Origin: an uncultured bacterium
Lineage (GTDB): Bacteria > Verrucomicrobiota > Verrucomicrobiia > Limisphaerales > UBA8199
Direction: 5' to 3'
Assembly (NCBI GenBank): GCA_963749495.1
Contig: CAVVMW010000004.1
Location: 704,001 to 768,000 of the forward strand
DNA length: 64,000 bases
This document shows positions 40,146-50,913 of this stretch, in pieces. A program made the translations under genes and the position numbers. Numbering within the stretch: position 1 is the stretch's first letter; each line of letters opens with the position of its first letter. The notes beneath the pieces are model-generated. The model was not told the DNA's origin and made no database searches. It saw only the letters and a program-made list of their open reading frames with translations.

Positions 40146-41246
40146 ATGACCTGGCTCACCAATCTATCCCCCTCCGCGCAATTCCTGTTCTTCAATGCGG
40201 TGAAGATCGTGGGGGTCTTCTCCGTGCTGATGTTCGTCGTGGCCTATGGCGTGTGGGTGGAACGGAAGGTGTGCGCGGCCATCCAGGACCGGATCGGCCC
40301 CAATCGCGTCGGCATTTTCGGCCTGCTCCAGCCCGTCGCCGACGCCATGAAGGCCTTTTTGAAGGAGGACTTCACGCCGGCGCACGTGCGCAAGGCCTAT
40401 TTCTGGCTCGCCCCGGCCATCGTGATGATGCCCGGCCTGTTGACCGTGGCCATCATCCCATTCGGCTCGCAAATCGGCCAGCAACGGATGGTCATCGCCA
40501 ATCTGAACGTGGGGATCCTCTACACCTTCGGCATCACGTCGCTGGGCGTCTATGGCATCGTCCTGGCGGGTTACGCGGCCAACTCGAAATACCCGTTCCT
40601 GGGCGGCATCCGCTCCAGCGCGCAGATGATCTCCTACGAAATCGCCATGGGCATGTCGCTTGTCCCGCTGTTCCTGGTTGCCGGGGGCCTGGACGACGCC
40701 GCGCTGAGCAGCGCCTGGCGCGAGTTCCTCGAGGGCACAGGCAGCCTCAACCTCAACCGCCTGGTCGCCTACCAGGCCAACCACGGCTGGTTCCTCTTCC
40801 TGTCCCCCCTCTCCTTCGCCATCTTCCTGGCCGCCATGTTCGCGGAAACCAACCGGCTGCCCTTCGACCTGCCCGAGTCGGAGCAGGAACTGGCCGGCGG
40901 CTACAACGTCGAGTACAGCTCGATCCGGTTCGCCATGTTTTTCATGGCCGAATATGCCGCCATGACCGTCTCGTCGGCCCTGCTGGTGACGCTGTTCCTG
41001 GGCGGGTGGACGCTCCCGATAGCGGGCCTGAACCAACCGGCGGAGACGGCCGGGCTGGGGGTCCTTCAGATCGGCGTCTTCCTGGCCAAGATGTGCGTGG
41101 TCGAGTTCATGATTATCTGGGTGCGCTGGATGTGGCCCCGGTTCCGTTACGACCAGTTGATGGACCTGGGCTGGCGCCGGTTCATCCCGCTGGCGCTGGC
41201 CAATATCATTGCCACCGCAATCGTGCTATGGGTGCAGGCCAGGTGA
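40146..41246 (+). CDS. nuoH: NADH-quinone oxidoreductase subunit H
   Basis: ERK..IQDRIGPNRVG, QMISYE, AETNRLPFDLPE, PRFRYDQLM. Confidence 0.97.
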   Translation: MTWLTNLSPSAQFLFFNAVKIVGVFSVLMFVVAYGVWVERKVCAAIQDRIGPNRVGIFGLLQPVADAMKAFLKEDFTPAHVRKAYFWLAPAIVMMPGLLTVAIIPFGSQIGQQRMVIANLNVGILYTFGITSLGVYGIVLAGYAANSKYPFLGGIRSSAQMISYEIAMGMSLVPLFLVAGGLDDAALSSAWREFLEGTGSLNLNRLVAYQANHGWFLFLSPLSFAIFLAAMFAETNRLPFDLPESEQELAGGYNVEYSSIRFAMFFMAEYAAMTVSSALLVTLFLGGWTLPIAGLNQPAETAGLGVLQIGVFLAKMCVVEFMIIWVRWMWPRFRYDQLMDLGWRRFIPLALANIIATAIVLWVQAR

Positions 41247-41250
41247 AGCT

Positions 41251-41784
41251 ATGATTGTCGCTCGAAAAAAACTGGGTCTCTGGGAACGGCTTTACCTGCC
41301 GGCCATCCTCGGCGGGTTCCAGGTCACGATCCGCCACTTTTTCAGGAAGAAAGTGACGATGCAATACCCGGAAGAGAAATGGGTCGTTCCCGAGGGCTAT
41401 CGCGGGGCGCCTTACCTGGTCAAGGACCAGGCGGGCCGCACCAAGTGCGTCTCCTGCCAGTTGTGCGAGTTCGTCTGCCCGCCCAAGGCCATCCGCATCG
41501 TTCCGCCCGGCCCCGCCGGCGCGCCGGAGGCCGGCAACGTCGAAAAGGCCCCCAAGGAATTCGACATCAACATGCTCCGGTGCATCTTCTGCGGTTTCTG
41601 CCAGGAGGTCTGCCCCGAGGAGGCCATTTTCCTGATGAACGACTATTCGCTGACCGCTGGCAGCCGCAGCGAGCTCATTTACAACAAAGAAAAATTGCTG
41701 GCCTTGGGCGGCGTCCATGACGATAAAATCCGCAAGTGGCAGAAGAAGGCCGTCGAGGCCAAGGCGCAGGGTGTGGAACCGTAG
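41251..41784 (+). CDS. nuoI: NADH-quinone oxidoreductase subunit I
   Basis: TMQYPEE; CVSCQLCEFVCP and CIFCGFCQEVCP. Confidence 0.96.
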   Translation: MIVARKKLGLWERLYLPAILGGFQVTIRHFFRKKVTMQYPEEKWVVPEGYRGAPYLVKDQAGRTKCVSCQLCEFVCPPKAIRIVPPGPAGAPEAGNVEKAPKEFDINMLRCIFCGFCQEVCPEEAIFLMNDYSLTAGSRSELIYNKEKLLALGGVHDDKIRKWQKKAVEAKAQGVEP

Positions 41785-41791
41785 CGAAAAC

Positions 41792-42298
41792 ATGACAACG
41801 CCCGACATTTTGTTTTATGTGTTTGCGTTCCTGACCCTGCTCTTCGGGTTCCTGGTGATTGCCAACCCATTGAGCCTCAACCCGGTCACCAGCGCGATGT
41901 TCCTGGTCCTGACGATTGCCTCGCTGGCCGTTCTTTTCGTCCTGCTCAACGCCTTCTTCCTGGCCGCCGTCCAGGTCCTGGTCTATGCCGGGGCGGTGAT
42001 GGTCCTGTTCCTGTTTGTCATTATGCTGCTCGATCTCAAGGCGGAAGAGCGCCGCAGGATTCGGAAGGCGGCCGTCCTGGGCGGGCTCGTCTCGGTGGGC
42101 GTGTTCATCTTCATCTTCCTGCAGAGCCTCCTGCGCTCCCCGCTCGATGCCGACGCCGCGCCGACGCTCCGGGGCAGCACCGCCGCACTGGGGGACCTGT
42201 TGTTCCGCCAATACCTGCTCCCGTTCGAAATCGTCTCCGTGCTGCTCCTGGTCGCCATTGTCGGCGCCGTCCTGCTCAGCAAACGGGAAAACCAATGA
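41792..42298 (+). CDS. nuoJ: NADH-quinone oxidoreductase subunit J
   Basis: QVLVYAGAVMVLFLFVIMLL; YLLPFE. Confidence 0.95.
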   Translation: MTTPDILFYVFAFLTLLFGFLVIANPLSLNPVTSAMFLVLTIASLAVLFVLLNAFFLAAVQVLVYAGAVMVLFLFVIMLLDLKAEERRRIRKAAVLGGLVSVGVFIFIFLQSLLRSPLDADAAPTLRGSTAALGDLLFRQYLLPFEIVSVLLLVAIVGAVLLSKRENQ

Positions 42299-42334
42299 GA
42301 GCGTTTAGACTTCGGTTCATAACTGGCAAGGCGT

Positions 42335-42395
42335 CGGAGGGGCGAGGGCCGAGGGTCGAGGGGCGGCGCCTCCTTGCCTCGACCCTCGCCCCTGG
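42335..42395. repeat. Inverted pair of heptamer arrays (CGAGGGN)n / (CCCTCGN)n
   Basis: Direct inspection; related 7-mers at 32683-32710. Confidence 0.65.
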
Positions 42396-42447
42396 ACACG
42401 CCTGGGCTACGGTGTAACCCTGTGAACCTCCACCCCCCTTCCGCGCC

Positions 42448-42753
42448 ATGACCGTCGGTCTCGAGCATTACCTGGTTGTGAGCGGCCTGCTCTTTGCCAT
42501 CGGGCTGTTGGGGGTCATCGTGCGGCGCAATTTGCTCATCATCTACATGTCGCTGGAGTTGATGCTCAACGCGGCCAACCTGGCGCTGGTGGCCTTTTCG
42601 CGCTACTCGAACAACCTGGACGGGCAGGTGCTGGTGTTTTTCGTGATCACGGTGGCGGCGGCCGAGGTGGCCGTGGGCCTGGCGCTGATCGTCGCGCTCT
42701 ACCGCAAGCGCCGGACCGCCCACGTCGAGGACCTGACCCTGATGAAACTCTGA
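42448..42753 (+). CDS. nuoK: NADH-quinone oxidoreductase subunit K
   Basis: [22 protein letters not shown]. Confidence 0.97.
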   Translation: MTVGLEHYLVVSGLLFAIGLLGVIVRRNLLIIYMSLELMLNAANLALVAFSRYSNNLDGQVLVFFVITVAAAEVAVGLALIVALYRKRRTAHVEDLTLMKL

Positions 42754-42792
42754 TCCCATGTTGGACAGCTCTCTTAGGCAATCATCCCAGGT

Positions 42793-42943
42793 GACCCCTC
42801 ACCCCGGCCCTCTCCCCATCGGATGGGGAGAGGGAGGAACTGCGACGACCGTGGAGCATCCTCAGCACAGGGCGTTGTCGGAACCTCGCCCGACGTCTCT
42901 CCCTCTCCCCGTCGGACGGGGAGAGGGCTGGGGTGAGGGGTCG
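42793..42943. repeat. REP-doublet palindrome
   Basis: GACCCCTCACCCCGGCCCTCTCCCC..GGGGAGAGGGAG ... CTCCCTCTCCCC..GGGGAGAGGGCTGGGGTGAGGGGTC. Confidence 0.88.
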
Positions 42944-42957
42944 GTTTTGATTTGTCT

Positions 42958-44823
42958 ATGAACGCGCTGCCCTGGATTGTGCTGTTTCTGCCGCTCGTCG
43001 CGGCGGCGGTCATCACTCTGTTCACGCTGCGGAACCGCGCGTTGAGCGGCGGGCTCTCAATCGGGGCGGTCATCGCCGGGTTCATCCTGAGCCTGGTCTA
43101 TATCGGGGCTTCGGGTTGGACGCCGCCGACGCCGGAGGTTGCGGTGAGTTGGCTGTCGGTGGGCGGCCTGCAGGTGGATTTCGGGCTGCGCCTGGACTCG
43201 CTGAGCCTGGCGATGATGCTCCTGGTCACGGGCGTGGCGGGCGCCATCCACGTCTATTCCTGGGGCTACATGCGCGAGGACCCGGGCTTCTCGCGCTTCT
43301 TTGCCAGCCTCAGCCTGTTCACCTTCTCGATGCTCGGCATCGTCTTGGCCGGCAACTTCATCCAGTTGTTCATCTTCTGGGAGCTGGTCGGCGTCTGCAG
43401 CTACCTGCTCATCGGATTCTGGTTCGAGCGGCCCTCGGCCGCCGATGCGGGCAAGAAGGCCTTTCTGAGCAATCGCCTGGGCGATTTCGGGTTCCTGCTC
43501 GGCATTCTCACCGTCTGGCTGGTCCTGGGCTCGCTCAACTTTCAGGACCTGGAGCAGAAAATGAAGGCGGATCCCCAGGCCCTGGGCGGGCTGGCTACAC
43601 TGGCTGCCCTGCTCATCTTTTGCGGGGCCGTCGGCAAGAGCGCCCAATTCCCCCTCCACGTCTGGCTGCCCGACGCCATGGAAGGACCGACCCCGGTGAG
43701 CGCCCTCATCCACGCGGCGACCATGGTGGCGGCGGGCGTCTATATGCTCTGCCGCGTCTATTTCCTGCTGGACGAGCCCGCGCGCCTGGTCATCGGATGG
43801 GTTGGCGGATTCACGGCCTTGCTCTCCGCCGTCATCGGTGTTCAACAGAACGACATCAAGCGGATTCTCGCCTACTCGACCCTCTCGCAGCTTGGCATGA
43901 TGGTCATGGGGGTTGGCGTTTTCGGCGAGAGCGAGGCGATGTTCCACTTGACGACCCATGCGTTTTTCAAGGCGCTGCTGTTCCTGGGCGCCGGCTCGGT
44001 CATCATCGCCCTGCACCACGAACAGGACATCTGGAAGATGGGCGGCCTCGCGAGGAAAATGCCGGTGACCTTCCTGACCTTCATGGCGGGCACGCTCGCC
44101 CTGGTCGGCGCCCCGCCCTTGAGCGGGTTCTACAGCAAAGACAGCATCCTGGCCTGCGCCGCGGCCCGGCACCAGTATGCCCTCTTCGCCCTGGGTGTGG
44201 TGGTGGCGGCGTTGACCGCGTTCTATATGTTCAGGCTGGTCTATGTCGTCTTTCTCGGCAAGGAACGGTCCGAGTCCGCCGGCCATGGGCGCGAATCGCC
44301 CCCCGTCATCTTGTGGCCGCTGCGTCTCCTGGCGGTATTCAGCGTCATCGGCGGCTTTATCGGCATCGAGAACGTCTTTGGCCGCTACTTCCCTCCGGTG
44401 TCCGGCCAAGCATCCACGATGTCCACGCTGGACCAATTGCTGGCCCCGATCAAAGAGGCGCCCCTGGGAGCAGCGCTCAGCCTGCTGGCCGCGCTGGCCG
44501 GGTTCCTCGCTGCGCGGACCCTTTACGCCGGGGTGGCCGCCGACCCGTTGCCCGCCAAACTCGGCGCCCTCTCCCGCGCGATGCAGAACCGGTTCTATTT
44601 CGACGAGCTCTACGCGGCGACCGTCATCCGCTTCCACGATGGCCTGGCCGCGTCCGCCGCATGGTTTGACCGGTGGATCATCGGCGGCGGCGTGCGCTTC
44701 ACACACGGCTTCACCGAACTGAGCGGCCGCGCCCTGCGCCTGCTCCAGACCGGCAACCTCCAGACCTACGCCTTCCTCTTCGCCCTGGGCGTGGCGTTGG
44801 TCCTTTACCTCGCCCTCAGATGA
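42958..44823 (+). CDS. nuoL: NADH-quinone oxidoreductase subunit L
   Basis: GKSAQFPLHVWLPDAMEGPTPVSALIHAATMV; HAFFKALLFL. Confidence 0.97.
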   Translation: MNALPWIVLFLPLVAAAVITLFTLRNRALSGGLSIGAVIAGFILSLVYIGASGWTPPTPEVAVSWLSVGGLQVDFGLRLDSLSLAMMLLVTGVAGAIHVYSWGYMREDPGFSRFFASLSLFTFSMLGIVLAGNFIQLFIFWELVGVCSYLLIGFWFERPSAADAGKKAFLSNRLGDFGFLLGILTVWLVLGSLNFQDLEQKMKADPQALGGLATLAALLIFCGAVGKSAQFPLHVWLPDAMEGPTPVSALIHAATMVAAGVYMLCRVYFLLDEPARLVIGWVGGFTALLSAVIGVQQNDIKRILAYSTLSQLGMMVMGVGVFGESEAMFHLTTHAFFKALLFLGAGSVIIALHHEQDIWKMGGLARKMPVTFLTFMAGTLALVGAPPLSGFYSKDSILACAAARHQYALFALGVVVAALTAFYMFRLVYVVFLGKERSESAGHGRESPPVILWPLRLLAVFSVIGGFIGIENVFGRYFPPVSGQASTMSTLDQLLAPIKEAPLGAALSLLAALAGFLAARTLYAGVAADPLPAKLGALSRAMQNRFYFDELYAATVIRFHDGLAASAAWFDRWIIGGGVRFTHGFTELSGRALRLLQTGNLQTYAFLFALGVALVLYLALR

Positions 44824-44860
44824 ATTTTAGCCTTCAGCCTTTAGCCTTTAGCCTTTCCCC

Positions 44861-46489
44861 ATGTCCCTCCTGACCCCCATCCTGGGCTTGCCCCTGTGCG
44901 CGGCGCTGGCGCTGACGTTCGTGCCGCGCAATTTCCGCGTGGTGATGCGCGGCACCGCCCTGCTGGCCACCCTCCTCTCCGCCCTCCTGGCCACCCTCAT
45001 GTTCCTGCAATTCCACGCAGGCGCCCCAGGCTTCCAATTCGAGCAGCAGGTCCCCTGGGTGCCCGCCCTGGGCATCAGCTACCATGTCGGCGTGGACGGC
45101 ATCAACGTAGGGCTTGTCCTGATGGGCGCCCTCGTCGCGTTCGCGGCGGCTTGTGTCTCGTGGGAAATCAAGGAGCGTGAGAAGGAGTTTTATATCCTGC
45201 TCCTGGTCATGGCCGGCGGCATCCTCGGCGCCTTCGCCTCGCTCGACCTGTTTCTGTTCTACTTCTTTCACGAGCTGGCGCTGGTGCCGACCTTCATCAT
45301 GATCGGCGTCTGGGGGCGCGGCCTGGACAAGAACTACGCGACGTTCCAGATTACGCTCTACCTGAGCCTCGGCGCCCTGATTGCGCTGGTGGGCTTGATT
45401 GCCCTTTACCTGCAGGCGGGCGGGAACACCTTCGATATTCCCGAACTGACCCGTCGCCTCCAGCGGGACCGCCTCCCGGCCGGGGCGCAGGCCCTCATCT
45501 TCCCGTTGCTGCTCTTTGGCTTCGGCATCCTGGTCTCGCTCTGGCCATTTCACACCTGGGCGCCCTTGGGCTACGGGTCGGCCCCCAGCGCCACCGCCAT
45601 GCTCCATGCCGGCGTGCTCAAGAAGTTCGGCCTCTACGGCCTCATCCGCATCGCCCTGCCGATGCTGCCCGACGCGGCGCAGCACTGGGTGCAGGTTCTG
45701 GCCTGGCTTTGCCTGGGCAACCTCGTCTATTGCGGCTGGGTGGCGATGAGACAAAAGGACTTCAACTGGCTGGTGGGCTACTCCAGCGTGGCCCACATGG
45801 GCTTCGTCTTCCTGGGCATCGCCACGCTCAACCTCATCGGCGTGACCGGGGCGGTGTTGGTGATGATTGCGCACGGCTTCCTGGCCGCCCTGACCTTCGG
45901 GCTCAGCGGCTACATCTATCAGCAGACCGGCACGCTGCAAATGGACCAACTCGGCGGCCTGCTCCGGCGGCTGCCCTTCATAGGCACGGCCCTCCTCATG
46001 GCCGCCTTCGCCGGCTGCGGCCTGCCGGGCTTCGCCAACTTCCCCGGCGAGGTGAGCGTCCTCTTCGGGGCCTGGAGCCCCTTCCGCACCGTGACCATCC
46101 TTGCCTGCTGGGGCGCGCTCATCATCGGCGCCCTCTATATGCTCCGTGCCGTCCGCGCCATCCTCCACGGGCCGTTGCCCGAGAAGTGGGACAAGGTCGC
46201 CGACGCGCCCCACCTCTGGCGCAAGACGCCCTTCATCCTGCTGCTGGCCGGCCTCCTGGTCTTTGGCTTCTTCCCGCGCCTGCTCACCGACAAGATAGCG
46301 CCCAGCCTGAGCGAAACCGTCCTGGCGCCATACTCGCCACGGGTGGGCCCTAGTCCCTTGCTGGCCGCTGAGAAGGGCAGCTCGGAAATCCGACCTGTCC
46401 GACCCGTCGGACAGGTCGGACAGGTCGGATTTCGGATTTCTGGCTCTACCGGCGCGTCCTCATCAGCTCGGCCTTTCCCCGCCCAATGA
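44861..46489 (+). CDS. nuoM: NADH-quinone oxidoreductase subunit M (repeat-derived C-terminal tail)
   Basis: WPFHTWAP, GYSSVAHMG, GLPGFANFPGE. Confidence 0.95.
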   Translation: MSLLTPILGLPLCAALALTFVPRNFRVVMRGTALLATLLSALLATLMFLQFHAGAPGFQFEQQVPWVPALGISYHVGVDGINVGLVLMGALVAFAAACVSWEIKEREKEFYILLLVMAGGILGAFASLDLFLFYFFHELALVPTFIMIGVWGRGLDKNYATFQITLYLSLGALIALVGLIALYLQAGGNTFDIPELTRRLQRDRLPAGAQALIFPLLLFGFGILVSLWPFHTWAPLGYGSAPSATAMLHAGVLKKFGLYGLIRIALPMLPDAAQHWVQVLAWLCLGNLVYCGWVAMRQKDFNWLVGYSSVAHMGFVFLGIATLNLIGVTGAVLVMIAHGFLAALTFGLSGYIYQQTGTLQMDQLGGLLRRLPFIGTALLMAAFAGCGLPGFANFPGEVSVLFGAWSPFRTVTILACWGALIIGALYMLRAVRAILHGPLPEKWDKVADAPHLWRKTPFILLLAGLLVFGFFPRLLTDKIAPSLSETVLAPYSPRVGPSPLLAAEKGSSEIRPVRPVGQVGQVGFRISGSTGASSSARPFPAQ

Positions 46490-47990
46490 ACCTCTCCCTG
46501 CTCAGTCACGAATGGCTGGTCATCGCCCTGGGCCTGGGCCTGCTCCTGGCCGACCTCTGGCTGGGCGCGCCCGCCAAACGCAAGCTCGGCTACGTGGCTG
46601 CGCTGGGTGTGGGCGCCATCCTCCTTTATAGCGTGCTGGCTTTCCAACTCGGCCCCGGCGAGGTCCGGTATGCCTTCAACCGGATGTACGCCCTCGACGG
46701 ACTGGCGCTGTTCTTCAAGCGGTTCTTCCTCCTGGCCGCCTTGCTCGTGCTGCTCATGTCCATCGAGTTTGCCGACTGCATCGAGGCCGGCATCTCCGAG
46801 TATTACGCCCTGGTGCTCTTCGCGCTCTCGGGCATGCTCTTCGCAGCGTCCGCCAACGACTTCGCCCTGCTCTTTGTCTCGCTCGAACTCATCACCATCA
46901 CCTTCTACGTGCTCACCAGCTTTCAGCGCTCCAGGCTCACCTCGCTGGAGGCCGGTGTGAAATACCTCATCATCGGCGCGCTCTCCACATCGTTCACGGT
47001 GTTTGGCATCGCCCTGGTCTATGGCGTTTCGCACAAGCTCAACTTCAACGACGTGGCCGTCGCGGCCGGCCAACTCACCGGCAACCCCCTCTTCCTGTTC
47101 GGCCTGGTGCTGGTCATGGTCGGGCTGGGCTTCAAGATCGCCGCCTTCCCGTTCCAGATGTGGGCGCCGGACGTTTACCAGGGCGCGCCCACCCCCACGA
47201 CGGCCTTCCTGGCGGTCGGTTCCAAGGCCGCCGGCTTTGCCCTGCTCCTGCGCGTCCTGTTCACCGCCGTGCCCGCCGTCACCGCTCGATGGTCCAATCT
47301 CCTCATCATCCTCTCGGCCATTACCATCCTCTACGGCAATCTCTGCGCCATCCCCCAGCGCAATCTCAAACGGCTCCTTGGCTACTCCAGCATCGCCCAC
47401 GCCGGCTACATGCTCCTGGGCATCGCCGCCCTGGCCGTCTCCCTGGCCCGCTCCGGCCCGGCGCCACCGCCGGCGCCTCGGCCATCCTCTACTACCTCAG
47501 CGGCTATCTCTTTACCGTGCTGGGAGGCTTCATGGTGATCTGCCTGGTGCTGCGCTGCCTCCAGAGCGAAGACATCAACGGCTTGGCCGGGTTGAACCAG
47601 CGCTCGCCGCTGTTGGCCGCAACCATGACATTGGCCATGGTCTCACTGGCCGGCATCCCGCCCTTGGCCGGCTTCTTTGGCAAGTTCCTCCTCCTCAAAT
47701 CCGTGATTGCCGAGGCCCCGGCACACCCAGGCTACTATTGCCTGGCCTTCACCGCCCTGGCCGGCGTGGTCATTTCCCTCTACTACTACTTTGGCGTCGT
47801 GCGCGCTATCTACTGGTCGCGCGAGGCCCCCGCGCTCGCTCCGATCCCCATCTCCAAATCCAGCCGCCTGGCCCTCTATGCCTGCGTGCTCGGCATGCTC
47901 CTGCTCGGCCTGTATCCCGGCCCTGTCGTCAACCTCGCCTCCCAGGCCGCCGCCGCCCTCAAGCCCCAGGCCGTGACGCTCGCGCGCTAA
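46486..47990 (+). CDS. nuoN: NADH-quinone oxidoreductase subunit N (one C missing near 47458)
   Basis: EAGVKY, FKIAAFPFQMWAPDVYQGAP, KRLLGYSSIAHAGY, then SLAGIPPLAGFFGKF in the next frame; corrected length 502 codons. Confidence 0.93.
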
Positions 47991-48748
47991 ATCGGAACAG
48001 CCAACCCTGGCGCACTCAGGGGGTTTTTCCGCCGAAGCCGTTCTCCTGACCGGGTGGTCTAGGGGGCGGGGGGTATGGACCTGCTACAGTGCTACAAGGC
48101 CCATGGAACCGGGGGATTTTTGAGGTCGAACCCGCAACACGACCCGCAATAAGGTGCTACGGGGCCGGTAAAATCGGGGGATTGTTGCGGGCACGGTTTT
48201 TGTTTGACAAGGTGGAAGTCAATGCCAGCTCGGCAAAATCGAGCTTCGGATAGAGGGGGAGGTGGGCCGGGCGCGCGTGGAGGGGTCTTAGTTCAGGAGG
48301 CAAAAACACCCTCGTGCGATGCCACTGCGGCAAGCACCGCCGCCCTGACCCCACAAAAACCCATCCGGCCGGCGCGGTCGCAAACCTACGATGCCAGCGC
48401 GGCAATTTGGCTGCGGAATACGACGGCAGCACGGCAATCCGACAAAAAGGCTACGATGCCGATTTGGCAAGTACGATGTCAAAAAAGCTCGTAGCACCCA
48501 ATCACCTTGTCAACCAAGAAAATGAACCATACTATGGTTGACCCCTTTCCTCGCCCCCGAGGTCCTGTGCGTTCAAACGCACAGTTGACAAACGGGAAGC
48601 AGGGGAAGATGATTGTGCGAACAAAGCCACAATAATCTGGAATGCAGCCGATTCCGTTGCCGTGCGTGGCCTCTGGGCTGCGCTTGGCGCACATTTGGCT
48701 GCGCCGCAAGCAAACGTGTTGAGCGATACTGAACGGACTCAGAAAGCG

Positions 48749-49645
48749 ATGCAGATGAAACCGACCCCCACCCGTTCCCGCTGTGCCTTCACCCTCATCG
48801 AACTGCTGGTGGTCATTGCGATTATCGCGATTTTGGCCGCGATGCTCCTGCCGGCTTTGACTAAGGCCAAGCAGAAGGCCTCGATGGCCGTGTGTCTCAA
48901 CAACCACAAGCAACTGGGGCTCTCCTGGCTCATGTATGCGGACGACAACCAGGACACCATCGTCAACATGAACAACTTTGACAACGCGAACGTGGCTGGC
49001 CAGATGCAGCATCCGTGGCGTTACCAGCCTACGACGGCTTACTATTCCAGCACGCTGCCGGTCGTGCCGCCGCAAAACGGAATGGACCCGCAGAACTATG
49101 CCATTCTGCTGATGCAGGAATGCGTGCGACAAGGAGCTTTCGGTCCTTTTCTCAGGAACGCCAACGCCATCCACTGCCCGGGGGATCTGCGTTATAAACG
49201 CCCGGTCGGCAAGGGCTTTGCCTATGGCAGTCTCGCCGGGGTGACAGGATTGAACGGCCAGACCTGGGCCAACCACCCAACCGCCACTGAATTCATTACC
49301 AAGCGGGCTCAACTATTCCATCCCAGCCTCAAGGTCCTCTTTGTGGAGGAGAACGATCCTCGGGATGAAAACTGGGGGACTTGGGTGATGAACGTGGATG
49401 GCACTGCGGCCAACAACTGGGCGGGCACGACCTTCTGTGACTCGCCGGCCCTGTTTCATGTGGACTGCAGCACGTTCAGTTGGGCCGACGGACACGCGTC
49501 GCCCCGGCGGTGGCTGGACTCGGCCACCATCGCTTACGCCGCCAGCATGGATCCCAACAAGTACGGGAGCTCCCCCGGCGCGGCGCAGACGGCGCGTGAT
49601 GTGGGTTTTATGATCAACGCTTACGCGTTTGTGAACAACCAATGA
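48749..49645 (+). CDS. Prepilin-type N-terminal cleavage/methylation domain protein with H-X9-DG motif
   Basis: [43 protein letters not shown]. Confidence 0.92.
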   Translation: MQMKPTPTRSRCAFTLIELLVVIAIIAILAAMLLPALTKAKQKASMAVCLNNHKQLGLSWLMYADDNQDTIVNMNNFDNANVAGQMQHPWRYQPTTAYYSSTLPVVPPQNGMDPQNYAILLMQECVRQGAFGPFLRNANAIHCPGDLRYKRPVGKGFAYGSLAGVTGLNGQTWANHPTATEFITKRAQLFHPSLKVLFVEENDPRDENWGTWVMNVDGTAANNWAGTTFCDSPALFHVDCSTFSWADGHASPRRWLDSATIAYAASMDPNKYGSSPGAAQTARDVGFMINAYAFVNNQ

Positions 49646-49754
49646 CTGGCGGCTGATGAGCCTCGAAACCGTAGCCCCTCCATTGGACCACTTCCCCGGT
49701 GAGGCGGTTGATTTGTTGATTGTCGATCCCCATCCTACTCACGAGGGGCAGCTT

Positions 49755-50848
49755 TACTGACCAATAAATAGGATTTGACACACTAGATGGGACCGTGCTA
49801 TGTTCATTTCGTCATGGCAAGAATCGATAATCGGTCGTTGGACCACAAGGTCCTGGAGCACATGCGGATGCTCGCCACGGACCGAGTCTTGGCTGGCGAG
49901 AGGCCCAGTGTTGTGGCGAAGTCGTTCGGAATCTATCGGACCTCCATCTATAAGTGGTTGCGCGCACGTAGGAAGCGTGGGCGCGAAGCTTTGCGGAGCA
50001 CGACGGCTAAAGGGCCATCGCCCAAGCTAAGCGAAGGCCAAAAGCGGCAGGTTAGGCGTTGGATCGTTGGCAGAGACCCACGCCAATACGGATTTGACTT
50101 CGGGTTATGGACCCGAAGCATCATCGCCACGATGATCCAGGATAGGTTTAAAGTCTCGCTGACGCTTCCCTCGATAGGTCGTCTGCTGACTTCGCTGGAC
50201 ATAACGCCCCAGAAGCCACTGCGCCGAGCTTACGAGCGCAATGAAGCGGAGATCCGCCAGTGGAAGGAGGCGAAGTATCCGGAGTTGAGGAAACGGGCTA
50301 AACAGAGGGGTGCGGACATCTTCTTTCTCGATGAAGTGGGCGTGCGATCCGATGGCCCGCTGGGACGGAGTTACGGACTGAAAGGCAAAACACCGGTGGT
50401 GAAGACCTCCGGGCAGCGTCAGCAGATTAACGCGATCAGTGCGGTGAACGCCAAGGGAGCCTTTTGGTACAAGGTTTACGCCGGCAGCCTGGGGGCAGTG
50501 CTGTTCATTGTGATGCTCAAAGACCTTATGAAAGGGCGCACGAAGCCGGTCATGTTGGTCGTAGATGGATTGCCCGCACACAAGGCTAAGTCGGTCGCCC
50601 AATATGTACAGTCCAGCAAAGGCCGCTTAGAACTTCATTTCCTACCACCCTATGCTCCAGATTTGAATCCTGACGAATTCGCCTGGAGCCATTTAAAGCA
50701 GAACGGCACCAGTAAGAAGCCCTTGCGCAAGAATGAAGCCCTTCGACAGCGCATCGAACAGGATTTGGCTAAGATCAAGCAGGATCGGAGGCTGGTCCGG
50801 TCTTTTTTTATGGCCCCAAGTGTGTCTTATGCCATTTACTGATTAGTA
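49755..50848 (+). mobile_element. IS630-family insertion sequence
   Basis: Imperfect IRs TACTGACCAATAAATAGGATTTGACAC vs TACTAATCAGTAAATGGCATAAGACAC, TA at both ends. Confidence 0.82.
49814..50842 (+). CDS. IS630-family transposase
   Basis: N-terminal HTH, WTR, FFLDE, LVVDGLPAHK, FLPPYAPDLNPDE. Confidence 0.95.
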   Translation: MARIDNRSLDHKVLEHMRMLATDRVLAGERPSVVAKSFGIYRTSIYKWLRARRKRGREALRSTTAKGPSPKLSEGQKRQVRRWIVGRDPRQYGFDFGLWTRSIIATMIQDRFKVSLTLPSIGRLLTSLDITPQKPLRRAYERNEAEIRQWKEAKYPELRKRAKQRGADIFFLDEVGVRSDGPLGRSYGLKGKTPVVKTSGQRQQINAISAVNAKGAFWYKVYAGSLGAVLFIVMLKDLMKGRTKPVMLVVDGLPAHKAKSVAQYVQSSKGRLELHFLPPYAPDLNPDEFAWSHLKQNGTSKKPLRKNEALRQRIEQDLAKIKQDRRLVRSFFMAPSVSYAIY

Positions 50849-50913
50849 ATAGGACTTTCTTGCTCATCGACAATTGCAGTTTATGCATGGACTGTTTTGT
50901 TAGTCCTTTGTGT

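Noticed and set aside
32834..47990. Programmed frameshifting or pseudogenisation of nuoF and nuoN (also at about 13975, 27427, 27531, 31893, 53898)
   Set aside because: All are single-base changes in short homopolymers of otherwise intact genes. Long-read consensus error is the simplest explanation; read polishing is needed to confirm.
49656..49756. Short ORF start (MSLETVAPP..) cut by IS630
   Set aside because: It does not visibly continue on the other side of the IS and is too short to assign.
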